Assembly: GCA_050261575.1 (NCBI GenBank)
Contig: JBLNDL010000020.1
Location: 1-53,027 of the forward strand
Length of the DNA: 53,027 nt
From: Sphingomonadaceae bacterium
GTDB lineage: Bacteria > Chloroflexota > UBA6077
Reading direction: 5' to 3'
Positions 21,526-31,132 of the stretch are shown one piece after another. The first letter of the stretch is position 1. Each line of letters opens with the position of its first letter. Below the pieces are notes generated by a model. That model made no database searches and was not told where the DNA came from. It saw only the letters and a program-made list of their open reading frames with translations. Both the position numbers and the translations under genes were made by a program.

Positions 21526-21556
21526 GGGCGGACACGCAGGTCCGCCCCTGCGCCGA
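21526..21556. repeat. REP-like hairpin family B, copy 1
   Basis: GGGCGGACACGCAGGTCCGCCCCTGCGCCGA; near-identical copy at 25164-25194. Confidence 0.75.
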
Positions 21557-21757
21557 CCTGCGGTCTCTCGTGCGCTGCGCTGCAGAGTGCATCACGCGTT
21601 CACGGCCGGTGTAAGCACCTCTTCGGTCCTGGCTAAGGGCGGCGGGGGCGCACCCCCGCGAAGCCGTCGAGAGCGGCGCTGGCGAGTGTGCGAGCGCGGC
21701 AGGCGGGGCGGCCCGAGGGGGATCGCGAAGAGGGGAAAGGATCGGCGGCGGAGGCCC

Positions 21758-21786
21758 TTGACAGGGCCGGATTCGTGCCTTACAGT
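21758..21786 (+). promoter_or_regulatory. Sigma70 promoter of FAD/Fe-S oxidoreductase
   Basis: TTGACA-N17-TACAGT. Confidence 0.7.
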
Positions 21787-21936
21787 ACAATGCCGTAGGG
21801 GGGTAGGGTATAGCATTCCCTCCAGAAGGGCGGGGCCGATGGCTGGCTCCTGCCGTGCCGTCGCGGCGACGTCTGCCGCGCGCTTTCCGTTCTGCCGGGA
21901 TCGTGGTCGAGCAGGAGAGAGGGAGAGATCTACAGC

Positions 21937-24900
21937 ATGGACGCTCTTTTCGCAGCCGAGTTGAAAGAACACTTCGGGGATCGAGTCACCTTCGACAGGA
22001 CTGAACGCCTCATCTACAGCCACGACGTCGCGAGCCTCCCGGACGCCGTGGAGAAGCTCATCGACAACCTGCCGGAGGCGGTGGTTCAGCCACGCACCGC
22101 GGAGGAGGTCCGCCTCCTGGTCCATCTGTCCAGGAAGCACTCCTCGCCCCTGGTCCCGCGGGGAGCTGCCACGACCGGGTACGGTGGCGCGGTGCCGGCC
22201 AGGGGTGGCATCGTGGTCGACATGTCGTGGATGAAGCGAGTGCTCTCCATCGACCCCGTGGGCGGCACCGTCTCGGTCGAGCCCGGCGTCGTCTGGGCAC
22301 GGCTCGAGGAGGCGCTGGCCAGCCACGGACAGATGCTGAGGCTCTACCCCTCCAGCGCCCCGGGCTCCACCGTGGGCGGATGGGTCGCCGAGGGCGGCGC
22401 CGGTATCGGCAGCTACGAATACGGCTTCATCGGCGGCAACGTGGCCTCCGCGACCATCGTCACCCCAGAAGGGGAGATCAGGAAGCTGGCCGGCGGCGAG
22501 CTTGAGCTGGTGAATAGAGCCGAGGGCATCACCGGGTTGATCGTCGAGGTCACACTCTACACCCGCCCGCTGGAGGAGCAGCATCTGCTTGCGGCGGCCT
22601 TCGCACGCTTGGAGGACCTCTCGGCCGCGCTGGCTGCCATCGGGGCCGAGAGGCTTCCCCTCTGGCACGTCGCGGTATCCACGGCCGAGTTTGTCAGGAC
22701 CAAGCAGGAGGCCCTTGCCCTCGACCAGGGCGGCGGCCACGGGGACGGCCACCGCGCCGCCGCCCTGGCCACCAGGCCGCCCGGAGGACGCCACATAGCC
22801 ACCTTCGCCTACCCTGCCTCCCGGCGACCGGTGGTGGATGGGCGGCTCGCCGCCATCCTGGAGGCCAATGGGGCCGAGATCCAGCCCGAAGGGGTGGCGA
22901 AGCACGAGTGGGACGAGCGCTTCTACCCCATGCGGATGAAGCGGCTCGGCCCGTCGCTGGTGCCGAGCGAGGGGATCCTACCGGTGGCGAGCCTCACCAG
23001 GGTGGTGGCCGAGGCGTCCGAGAGGCTGCAGGGCATCGCCATCGAGGGGCACCTGGTGGGCCCCGACGAGATCACGCTTCTCTGCTTCCTGTTGGAGGAC
23101 GAGCGAACCGGATCCTACACCGTCGGCTTCAGCAAATCCCTCACGATGCTGGGGATCATCGAGCGGCATGGCGGCCGGCCCTACTCGGTCGGCCTCTACT
23201 TTACCGACCGGGCCGACACTGCACTAGGCAAGGAGAAGGTGGCTCGGCTCACGGCCTACAAGAGGCTCCACGACCCGGACAACCTGATGAACCCTGGCAA
23301 GATCCTCTCCGGTACTGGAAACCCGGTCCTAATCCGGACAGCAATGGCGGCCGCCCGCGCTGCCGAACCGGTGATGGGGCTGGCGGAGAAGCTGCTGGGG
23401 GACAAGCCTCGGATGAGCAAGAAGCTCGCTGAGAACCTCGCCTTCGACGCCTTCGCCTGCGCACAGTGCGGCTACTGCCGCGACGTCTGCACCCTGTACA
23501 ACGGCAAGCAGTGGGAGAGCGCCTCTCCCAGGGGGAAGTGGTTCTTCCTGCGGAAGTACGCGCAGGGAAAGGTAGACTTCGACCAGAGGATCGTGGACAA
23601 CTTCCTCCAGTGCACCACCTGCAAGCGGTGCGATCCGGTGTGCCAGGTTAGCATTCCGATCCAGGGGCGCTGGGACGATCTGCGGCGCGTGCTGGTGCAG
23701 GAGAAGGGGTTTGCCACCTTCCCGGCATTCGAGATGATGGGCGGCAGCTTCGAGTCCCAGTTGAACATCTGGGCCGCCAAGAGGGGGGATCGCGATGCCT
23801 GGTTCCCGAAGGACGCGACCTACGAGGAGAGGTCCGAGATCGGCTACTGGGCTGGCTGCACCGCCTCCTTCGTCGAGTCGGACATCGCGGAGAACGCTGT
23901 CCACATCCTGAAGGAGGGTGGGGTCAAGTTCACCTACCTGGCCAAGGACGAGGCGTGCTGCGGCGTGCCGTTCTTCGTCGCCGGCAAGATGGACGATTTC
24001 GAGATGGCCGTGCGCCATAATCTGGAGCGACTGAAGGCGCGCGGCGTCGAGAAGCTGGTGATCTCCTGCCCGGGCTGCTGGGTGGCCTTCAGCCATTACT
24101 ACCGCCACTGGGCGCCCCAGTTCGGGCTGGAGTACGACCTGGAGATCGTCCACATCAGCGAGATGGCGGCAGCTCTGATAAGGGAGGGCAAGCTCCGCTT
24201 CAAGAAGGAGATCCCGCTGAAGCTGACCTGGCACGACCCCTGTCACATTGGTCGCCACGGTGGCATCTACGAGGCTCCTCGCGAGGTGATCAAGGCGATC
24301 CCCGGCGTGGAGTACCAGGACATGGCTCACAATCGGGAGAATGGTCTCTGCTGTGGCAGTGTCTTGACCCGGATCAGCGACCAGAAGGTCTCCAACCGTA
24401 TCGCCAAGGACCGGGTGGCCGAGGCGGAGGCGATCGGCGCCGACGCCATCCTGACCACCTGCCCATGCTGCGAGGTGCAGTTGCGTGTGGGCGCCGCGAA
24501 GAACGGCCAGAGCATCCCCGTTCTGGACTTTACCGACGTGGTTGCCGATGCGCTGGGCTACGAGGTGAAGGACTCCCGGGAGAACGTCCGGTACATGTGG
24601 GGCGTCTTCGAGAAGGCGATCGCGGCGATGACCGTGGAGGGCATGGTGGAGATGATGGGGCAGATGATGCCCCAGATGATGGACGCCATGCCGAGCGTGA
24701 TGGGGAGGGCGATGGACCGGATGGCGGCCATGCCCGGCATCCTTCGGGAGCCCACCCTGGCGGCCATGGAGAGGATGATGCCCATGATGATGCCCTCCAT
24801 GCTTCCGGCGATGCTGCCGAAGCTGATGCCCAGGGTGGTCGAGATTATGAAGGAGCTGATCCCGGACATGCCTCCCTCCATGCAGGAGATGCTGCCCGAC

Positions 24901-25002
24901 CTGCTCCCGAAGGTGATGGCGAAGATCCTGCCGCAGATGCTGCCGGAAGCCGCACCCAGGATCGCGCCCATCATGACCGGCTATCTGAGGAACAAGAGGT
25001 AG
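21937..25002 (+). CDS. FAD-binding (GlcD/D-LDH-like) oxidoreductase fused to 4Fe-4S dicluster and two CCG domains, with Met/Pro-rich tail
   Basis: PRGAATTGYGG, DPDNLMNPGK, CAQCGYC...C, CTTCKRC...C, EACCG, SCPGC, HDPCH, LCCG, TCPCC. Confidence 0.88.
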   Translation: MDALFAAELKEHFGDRVTFDRTERLIYSHDVASLPDAVEKLIDNLPEAVVQPRTAEEVRLLVHLSRKHSSPLVPRGAATTGYGGAVPARGGIVVDMSWMKRVLSIDPVGGTVSVEPGVVWARLEEALASHGQMLRLYPSSAPGSTVGGWVAEGGAGIGSYEYGFIGGNVASATIVTPEGEIRKLAGGELELVNRAEGITGLIVEVTLYTRPLEEQHLLAAAFARLEDLSAALAAIGAERLPLWHVAVSTAEFVRTKQEALALDQGGGHGDGHRAAALATRPPGGRHIATFAYPASRRPVVDGRLAAILEANGAEIQPEGVAKHEWDERFYPMRMKRLGPSLVPSEGILPVASLTRVVAEASERLQGIAIEGHLVGPDEITLLCFLLEDERTGSYTVGFSKSLTMLGIIERHGGRPYSVGLYFTDRADTALGKEKVARLTAYKRLHDPDNLMNPGKILSGTGNPVLIRTAMAAARAAEPVMGLAEKLLGDKPRMSKKLAENLAFDAFACAQCGYCRDVCTLYNGKQWESASPRGKWFFLRKYAQGKVDFDQRIVDNFLQCTTCKRCDPVCQVSIPIQGRWDDLRRVLVQEKGFATFPAFEMMGGSFESQLNIWAAKRGDRDAWFPKDATYEERSEIGYWAGCTASFVESDIAENAVHILKEGGVKFTYLAKDEACCGVPFFVAGKMDDFEMAVRHNLERLKARGVEKLVISCPGCWVAFSHYYRHWAPQFGLEYDLEIVHISEMAAALIREGKLRFKKEIPLKLTWHDPCHIGRHGGIYEAPREVIKAIPGVEYQDMAHNRENGLCCGSVLTRISDQKVSNRIAKDRVAEAEAIGADAILTTCPCCEVQLRVGAAKNGQSIPVLDFTDVVADALGYEVKDSRENVRYMWGVFEKAIAAMTVEGMVEMMGQMMPQMMDAMPSVMGRAMDRMAAMPGILREPTLAAMERMMPMMMPSMLPAMLPKLMPRVVEIMKELIPDMPPSMQEMLPDLLPKVMAKILPQMLPEAAPRIAPIMTGYLRNKR

Positions 25003-25035
25003 GAGAGCCGGTAGGTCGGGGTCGCTCTCCCTCTC

Positions 25036-25075
25036 GGCACTGCGGCAGGGCTCGAGCCCTGCCGCAGTGCCATTT
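25036..25075 (+). terminator. 36-bp perfect palindrome after the oxidoreductase
   Basis: GGCACTGCGGCAGGGCTC/GAGCCCTGCCGCAGTGCC then ATTT. Confidence 0.65.
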
Positions 25076-25105
25076 CACTCTCATTCCCTCCCTGCTACAA
25101 TACCG

Positions 25106-25122
25106 TTGTGCAAAGTGCACAA
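25106..25122. promoter_or_regulatory. Palindromic operator upstream of PucR regulator
   Basis: TTGTGCA-AAG-TGCACAA just downstream of TG-c-TACAAT (-10 at 25096-25101). Confidence 0.65.
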
Positions 25123-25163
25123 GGGGCGAGAGGGGGCCTGAGGCCCGCCCCTACACGGGGACC

Positions 25164-25194
25164 GGGCGGATGCGCAGGTCCGCCCCCTGCGCCG
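25164..25194. repeat. REP-like hairpin family B, copy 2
   Basis: GGGCGGATGCGCAGGTCCGCCCCCTGCGCCGA. Confidence 0.75.
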
Positions 25195-25304
25195 AGACTG
25201 GGCGGCGAGGAACACGTGGCGCGAGCGAGCAGGCCTCGCGATCGCGCTGCCGAGCTTCGGGACCGGCGTGCCGAGCACACCGAATCTGGGCTAAAGGGGA
25301 CACG

Positions 25305-26972
25305 ATGGCAGTCACCGTTGAAGAAATCCTCCATTTGGCGTTTCCGCTCGGCAGCAAGGTGGTGTCCGGTGCTGCCGGACTGCAGCGAGAGGTCACCTGG
25401 GCCCGCACGCTGCGACCCCGCCCGCCCGCCTTCGAGGCACTGGAGGGGGGAGAGTTGGCCCTCCTTTCCAGCTCCCATCTCAGCATGTTGCAGGAGTCCA
25501 TCACCCTTGCGTACGTGATCTCTCGTTTGTCTGCCGTTGGGGTCGCCGCTGTCGCGGTGCTGGGCGGGGTGGATGAGGAGGCCATGTCCACCTCCGATGA
25601 GCTGGGAATCCCGTTGATCCAGTTGCCGGAGACCGCTTCCCTGACCGAGGTGGAGCGGGCGGCCATCGCCACCGTGGTGGACAAGCAGGCGGAGCTCCAG
25701 CGCCGCGCCGCCGAGATCCACCGGCAGCTAGCCCAGTTGACGTTCGAGGAGCGGGGCCTCCAGGCGGTCGCGGAGCGGCTGGCGGAGATAACCGGAAAGG
25801 CCGTGGCGATCGAGGACGAGCGGCTCCGTGTTCAGTTCAGTGCGCCCTCCGTCGGCATTCCCGATCCCCGGGAGCTCGATCTCGAATGGGGCCGCAGCCG
25901 GATCGAAGAGTGGTTGCGGACGGTTCCGCTTTCCGGCGCCCAGCCTCCGGTGGGTCGGTTCTCCCTTCCCGACCTCTCGCTGGAGCGGTTGGTGGCCCCC
26001 ATTCCAGCGAAGGACGGGGTGGCCGGATACCTCTCGGTTATCGGGTCGGAGTCGCAGTTGACCGAACTCGATCGGTTGGCGGCCAGCCGCGGCGCGGCGG
26101 TGTGCGCGGTGGAGGTTGCCAAGGAGGCCGCCATCGTGGAGGCCGAGGCCAGGGTTCGGGGAGACTTGCTGGATCAGCTTCTGTCCGAGGAAGAAGCAGA
26201 TCAGGCCACCCTGGGCAAAGCGCGTCGGCTGGGGTACGACCCCGACGTGCCATCCCTCGTGATGGTGTTCCGAGCCGAGTTGAAGAGCAGGCCTGGGGGA
26301 GTGCTGCCCTTCGGGAGCGGCGACCGCGTTCGGAGACAACTGGAGGCTGCGGTGCGCGCGGAGGTCGCCAGACGCGAGGCGAAATCGCTGGTGGCGCTGC
26401 GCGGCAGCTCTGTGGTGGCCGTGGTGCCGCTGGTTGGGGTCTCCTCGGACGGGGCGATCAGGGAGATGGTGAAGGCGATGCACGGCCGAGCCCAGGCGGG
26501 ACTCGATGGCTGTACGGTGGCGGTCGGGGTGGGACGCTCCACCAGGCCCGGCTCGGGTCTCGCCGGTGCTTTTCGGGAGGCCGAGGGCGCCCTGAGCATC
26601 GGCGTTCGACTCAACGGTCCCTCCTCTGTCACCTTCTTCGGGGACCTGGGTATCCTCAGGCTTCTAGCTCAGATCGACAGCCACCGCGAGATGGAGAGCT
26701 TCCGGGCGGAGATGCTGGGCAGACTGGAGGAGCACGATGCCAAGAGCGGAGGAGAGCTGCTGAAGACTCTGGAGGCCCTCTTCCGCTGCCACGGCAACCT
26801 TACGAGGACCGCCGAGTCTCTCTCTCTGCACCGCAACTCGCTCCTCTACCGGCTCCAGCGGGTCGAGGAGATCAGCGGCCACGACCTGGAGGATCCGGAG
26901 ACGCGGCTCTCCATCCAGGTGGCGCTGAAGCTTCGACAGTTGCTGGAGGCTGAGCGCAGCCGAAGAGGTTAA
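25305..26972 (+). CDS. PucR/CdaR-family transcriptional regulator
   Basis: N-terminal GAAGLQREVTW...GGEL; C-terminal HTH GNLTRTAESLSLHRNSLLYRLQRVEE; ATG at 25305. Confidence 0.93.
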   Translation: MAVTVEEILHLAFPLGSKVVSGAAGLQREVTWARTLRPRPPAFEALEGGELALLSSSHLSMLQESITLAYVISRLSAVGVAAVAVLGGVDEEAMSTSDELGIPLIQLPETASLTEVERAAIATVVDKQAELQRRAAEIHRQLAQLTFEERGLQAVAERLAEITGKAVAIEDERLRVQFSAPSVGIPDPRELDLEWGRSRIEEWLRTVPLSGAQPPVGRFSLPDLSLERLVAPIPAKDGVAGYLSVIGSESQLTELDRLAASRGAAVCAVEVAKEAAIVEAEARVRGDLLDQLLSEEEADQATLGKARRLGYDPDVPSLVMVFRAELKSRPGGVLPFGSGDRVRRQLEAAVRAEVARREAKSLVALRGSSVVAVVPLVGVSSDGAIREMVKAMHGRAQAGLDGCTVAVGVGRSTRPGSGLAGAFREAEGALSIGVRLNGPSSVTFFGDLGILRLLAQIDSHREMESFRAEMLGRLEEHDAKSGGELLKTLEALFRCHGNLTRTAESLSLHRNSLLYRLQRVEEISGHDLEDPETRLSIQVALKLRQLLEAERSRRG

Positions 26973-27000
26973 TGCTGTGAACGGTGAAGGTGTTGGGCAC

Positions 27001-27070
27001 TGTCCTGCCGAGCGAAGCGAAGCATCTCCCGAGGCCGAAAGAGGAGACCCTTCGCCTCGCTCAGGGTGAT
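27001..27070. repeat. Palindromic element family A, copy 2 (inverted)
   Basis: TGTCCTGCCGAGCGAAGCGAAGCATCTCC...GGAGACCCTTCGCCTCGCTCAGGGTGA. Confidence 0.75.
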
Positions 27071-27143
27071 AACGAAACGCGCTGGCGACCTGCCGGATGC
27101 ACCATTCTGTGGGTCGTTCCAGGAGCGGTGCGTCGATCACCCC

Positions 27144-27737
27144 CTACCGCGTCTGTCCCTCCACGATGATCTTGCCGTCTACCAGCCTGACCTGCTTCAG
27201 GTCGATCCCCACGTCCAGACGGCTCGAGTCCCTGCCTCCCATGGCCGACTCGGCCATCTGCAGGATCTGCTGTCTCACAGGGTCAGGGACCGGCAGGCCG
27301 GCGGCCTTGATGGAGGTCACGTCCACTTCCAGCAGCCCTCCGTTAACCCCCATCTTCACCTCGGCCTCGATGGGCACATCCCGACCGCCGAGGCTGGTCA
27401 CCCCGGTCACCACCGCATTCCCCTGCTCCATCCTCACTGCCACGTCCTTGACGGGCTGCCCTGCGACCGAACCGGCGGACAACACCTCAGCCACCTTGGC
27501 CGTCACCTCATCCTGGGTTAGCTCGATCGTAATCGGCTGGTTAGACCCGCTCTTGGCCTGGGTGATCAAGCTTGCGACCTTCTGATCGAAGCTGGCTGCG
27601 TTCTTTGCCGTCTGAGTGGGCGTTTGGGTTGCCGTCGCCGCCTGGCCGGCCGAGCCGGAGGCGGATAGGGCTTGATAGCCGAGGTAGGCAGCCGCTACCA
27701 GGATGGCTACCACGATCGATGCACCAAGCGCTTTCAC
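27144..27737 (-). CDS. Membrane-anchored exported protein, LmeA/DUF2993-like
   Basis: N-terminal TM, IELTQDEV, beta-rich C-terminus (VRLVDGKIIVEG). Confidence 0.6.
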   Translation of the reverse strand: MKALGASIVVAILVAAAYLGYQALSASGSAGQAATATQTPTQTAKNAASFDQKVASLITQAKSGSNQPITIELTQDEVTAKVAEVLSAGSVAGQPVKDVAVRMEQGNAVVTGVTSLGGRDVPIEAEVKMGVNGGLLEVDVTSIKAAGLPVPDPVRQQILQMAESAMGGRDSSRLDVGIDLKQVRLVDGKIIVEGQTR

Positions 27738-27987
27738 GCGATTACACCTCCTGTCCGCCCGATTGTATCACACGGTTACCGCCCACATTGGCGGTGCCGC
27801 CTCCCTCGAGGGGCGGCGGTGTGATTGGGCGATGTGCACAACGCCGACCCGGCTGCATTAGTGCAGATCGACCATAGCCGGCAGCGCGACCGTTCGTTAA
27901 CATTCTCTGTCGGTGCTCCATGCAAGCCCTCGTCGGATCTCCGTGTCGGTGATGTCGGGGGGCTACTCTACTAAGGAGGTTGCGACA

Positions 27988-29349
27988 GTGGCGATAGATG
28001 CCGGCAAGGATCGAGACCGGGTTCGGCAGATCCTGGAGATCGTGGAGCGAGAACAGGTCAAGTTCGTGAATCTCCAGTTCACCGACATCGTTGGCATGGT
28101 GAAGCAGGTGACGATCCCCGCCCACGAGTTGGAGGACACCATCGAGAACGGCAAGTGGTTCGACGGATCCTCCATCGAGGGTTTCGCGCGGATTCACGAG
28201 AGCGATATGTATCTGGAGCCCGACCTCTCCACCTTCGGGGTGGTGCCCTTCTCTCAGGGTGGACTGGTTTCCGCGAAGCTGACCTGCAACATCTGCACCC
28301 CTGATGGAGAACCGTTCCTCGGCGACCCCCGCTACATCCTTCGGCTGGCCCTCAAGGAGGCGGAGGATCTGGGCTTCCGCTTCTTCGTTGGCCCCGAGCT
28401 GGAGTTCTACCTGTTCAAGGTGAACGGGGATGGGTCTCCGAGCCCCCTGCCTCACGACGAGGGCTCCTACTTCGACATGTCCACCGACCTGGCGTCCGAC
28501 GTGCGCCAGGAGATGGTCGAGGCGCTGGAGTTGCAGGGCATCCCTGTGGAGACCAGCCACCACGAGGTTGGGCCGGGCCAGCACGAGATCGACATGAGGT
28601 ACGACGAGGCGCTGCGGATAGCGGACAGGGTGGTCGAGTTCAAGAGCACCCTGAAGTCGGTGGCTCACCGCCATGGGCTGCACGCCACCTTCATGCCGAA
28701 GCCGGTCTTCGGCATCGCCGGCAACGGGATGCACGTGCACCAGAGCCTGTGGAGCATTGCCGAGGGGCGCAACGCCTTCTACGATCCTCGCGACCAGTAC
28801 GGCCTATCGGAACTGGCCAAACACTTCATCGCGGGCCAGCTCGCTCACGCGAAGGGCATGTGTGCGGTGCTGTCTCCCCTGATCAACTCCTACAAGCGGT
28901 TGGTGGCTGGGTTCGAGGCCCCCGTGTACGTTAGCTGGGCTCGCACCAACCGATCGGCGCTGGTCCGCGTGCCGAAGATCACGCCGAGCAAGTCCGCGGC
29001 TACCAGGATCGAACTGCGGAGCCCCGACCCCACCTGCAATCCCTATCTGGCGTTCGCTGTGATGCTGAAGGCGGGGCTGGATGGGGTCAAGCGAAAACTG
29101 CCCCTGATCCAGCCCATCGAGGAGGACCTTTACGAGTTCACGGACGAGATGATGGCGCGACACGGTGTCGAGGTGTTGCCGGGCTCATTGCACCAGGCGT
29201 TGGATGCCATGGAGAAGGACGAGATCGTGCAAGAGGCGCTGGGTCCCCACATCTACGCGCGCTTCCTGGAGGCCAAGACCATCGAATGGAAGGAGTTCAG
29301 GCGGCACGTGACCTCGTGGGAGATCGAGCGGTACCTGGGGGTCTACTAG
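27988..29349 (+). CDS. glnA: Glutamine synthetase type I (alpha)
   Basis: FDGSSIEGF, GPELEFY, HHEVGPGQHEI, ATFMPKP, GNGMHVH, RIELRSPD; GTG 27988 after AAGGAGG. Confidence 0.96.
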   Translation: MAIDAGKDRDRVRQILEIVEREQVKFVNLQFTDIVGMVKQVTIPAHELEDTIENGKWFDGSSIEGFARIHESDMYLEPDLSTFGVVPFSQGGLVSAKLTCNICTPDGEPFLGDPRYILRLALKEAEDLGFRFFVGPELEFYLFKVNGDGSPSPLPHDEGSYFDMSTDLASDVRQEMVEALELQGIPVETSHHEVGPGQHEIDMRYDEALRIADRVVEFKSTLKSVAHRHGLHATFMPKPVFGIAGNGMHVHQSLWSIAEGRNAFYDPRDQYGLSELAKHFIAGQLAHAKGMCAVLSPLINSYKRLVAGFEAPVYVSWARTNRSALVRVPKITPSKSAATRIELRSPDPTCNPYLAFAVMLKAGLDGVKRKLPLIQPIEEDLYEFTDEMMARHGVEVLPGSLHQALDAMEKDEIVQEALGPHIYARFLEAKTIEWKEFRRHVTSWEIERYLGVY

Positions 29350-29358
29350 AGAAGCGTG

Positions 29359-29389
29359 TGGGGGCGGGTTGGTCACCAACCCGCCCCCA
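29359..29389. terminator. Hairpin between convergent glnA and glgA
   Basis: TGGGGGCGGGTTGGT-C-ACCAACCCGCCCCCA. Confidence 0.75.
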
Positions 29390-29418
29390 TCACGAGGGGG
29401 CTCAGGCTCCTCTTTTCG

Positions 29419-30900
29419 CTATCCCACCTGGACCGGTGTCTCGGCCTCCGATTTGGCAAGCAGGGCCTTGCGGTACAGCTCCTCGTACTTGCGAGCGGTA
29501 GCGGACCAGGAGTTGTCGGCGCGCATGCCCGTCTCCATCAACCGGCGCCAGATGTCCCGGTACTTGTAGCTCTCCAGGGCGCGGACGATTGCGGCGAACA
29601 GCATCATTCCGCTGTACTTGTCGAAAGCGAAGCCGTTGCCCTCCCCGGTTCTCGGGTCGAAGTCCCTGACGGTGTCGGCCAGACCCCCCGTGCGCCGAAC
29701 CACGGGCACGCTTCCGTAGCGCATCGCCACCATTTGGGACGAGCCGCACGGCTCGAAGCGCGAGGGCATCAGGAAGATGTCGCTCGCGCCGTAGATCCTC
29801 TGGGCCAGGGCGGCGTTGAAGGTGAGGAAGACCGCCACCTTGGTCGGATGCCGCTTGGCGACGCGGGTCAGCATCTCGTGGTAGTACTGGTCTCCGGTTC
29901 CCATGATCACCAACTGGAGCGGGAGTTCCACCAGGGCGTCGATGATCTCTCCGAGGATGTCGAACCCCTTCTGGCTGTTGAGCCTCGAGATGGTGCCGAT
30001 GAGCGGGATGTGCTCGTCCACCGGAAGACCGGCCTCTCGCTGGAAGGCCAGCTTGTTGGCCACCCGCCCGTCCAGGCTGTTCACGTCGAACTGCTGAGGC
30101 AGGTATGGATCGGTCGCGGGGTTCATGGCCTCGTAGTCGATGCCGTTCAGGATCCCGTGGATCCGGTCCTTCCGATCGTTCAGCAGGGTGTGAAGCTTCT
30201 CCCCGTACTCTGGAGTGAGGATCTCCCTGGCGTAGGTCTCGCTGACGGTGCTGATGGCGTCCGCGAAGAGGATGCCGTGCGCCATCAAGGCCACCACGTT
30301 GGGAAGATCGTCCATGTGGGGATACATGAAGCTGTACTCCTCCACACCGGCGATCTCCAGGATGCGCCACCCGAAGATGCCCTGGTAGGCGAGGTTGTGT
30401 ATGGTGTACACGGAGGCTGCCTCGCGGAAGAAGGGGTCCTCCTTGTAGATGGTCTTGAGCCAGTTGGCGACGATGGCGGTGTGCCAGTCATTCAGGTGGA
30501 TGACGTCCGGTTTCCACTGGAGGGACTTCAGCATCTCCATGGTGCCGCGTGAGTAGAAGACGAACCGCTCGCCGTCGTCTGGATAGCCGTAGAGGTTCTC
30601 CCTGCCGAAGTGCTTCTCGCTGTCGATGAAGTAGACGGGCAGGCCGTCGCCAACCTCGGTGGTGAGCACGTTGATGGGTTCGCTGTGGTCGTCGATGGGT
30701 ATCGCCAGGTTGGAGAGCACCGGACGCAGCGCGAACTTGGCTGGGTCGATCCGACTGTAGCGCGGCATCGCGACCCGGACGTCGTGGCCGAGGGCTTTGA
30801 GGGCCTTGGGAAGGGCTCCTGCCACCTCCGAGACTCCGCCGGTCTTGGCGAAGGGCACCATCTCGGCCGCCATGAAGAGGACTTTCAAGGGATCCGCCAT
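29419..30900 (-). CDS. glgA: Glycogen synthase
   Basis: KTGG, HLNDWHT, TIHNLAYQG, SRLNSQKG, PSRFEPCG, TGGLADT. Confidence 0.95.
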   Translation of the reverse strand: MADPLKVLFMAAEMVPFAKTGGVSEVAGALPKALKALGHDVRVAMPRYSRIDPAKFALRPVLSNLAIPIDDHSEPINVLTTEVGDGLPVYFIDSEKHFGRENLYGYPDDGERFVFYSRGTMEMLKSLQWKPDVIHLNDWHTAIVANWLKTIYKEDPFFREAASVYTIHNLAYQGIFGWRILEIAGVEEYSFMYPHMDDLPNVVALMAHGILFADAISTVSETYAREILTPEYGEKLHTLLNDRKDRIHGILNGIDYEAMNPATDPYLPQQFDVNSLDGRVANKLAFQREAGLPVDEHIPLIGTISRLNSQKGFDILGEIIDALVELPLQLVIMGTGDQYYHEMLTRVAKRHPTKVAVFLTFNAALAQRIYGASDIFLMPSRFEPCGSSQMVAMRYGSVPVVRRTGGLADTVRDFDPRTGEGNGFAFDKYSGMMLFAAIVRALESYKYRDIWRRLMETGMRADNSWSATARKYEELYRKALLAKSEAETPVQVG

Positions 30901-31132
30901 CTATCGAGAACCTCCTGCCGCCGCCGAAGCCAACACGGGTGGCCGGCCGCGGACAACCACAATTGAGTACTGCAAGAACCGATCCGAAATGGACTTGAAC
31001 CATCGCGGGTCTGAGACCACGCGAGGCCGAGGCGGAGGATCCGCCTGCTTGATTGAGTTCCCGATGCTATCATACTAGCACGCGGGCAACAAGAGTTGTC
31101 TGAATAACGAATCTGCTAGTGGGGGCCTCACT

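Noticed and set aside
24465..25304. N-terminal extension of the PucR ORF
   Set aside because: Overlaps the oxidoreductase and crosses a terminator and promoter; the better start is 25305.
27763..27780. GlnR or NtcA box before glnA (TGTATCACACGGTTAC)
   Set aside because: Spacing and consensus do not fit; better explained as the minus-strand TACAAT -10 of the divergent gene.
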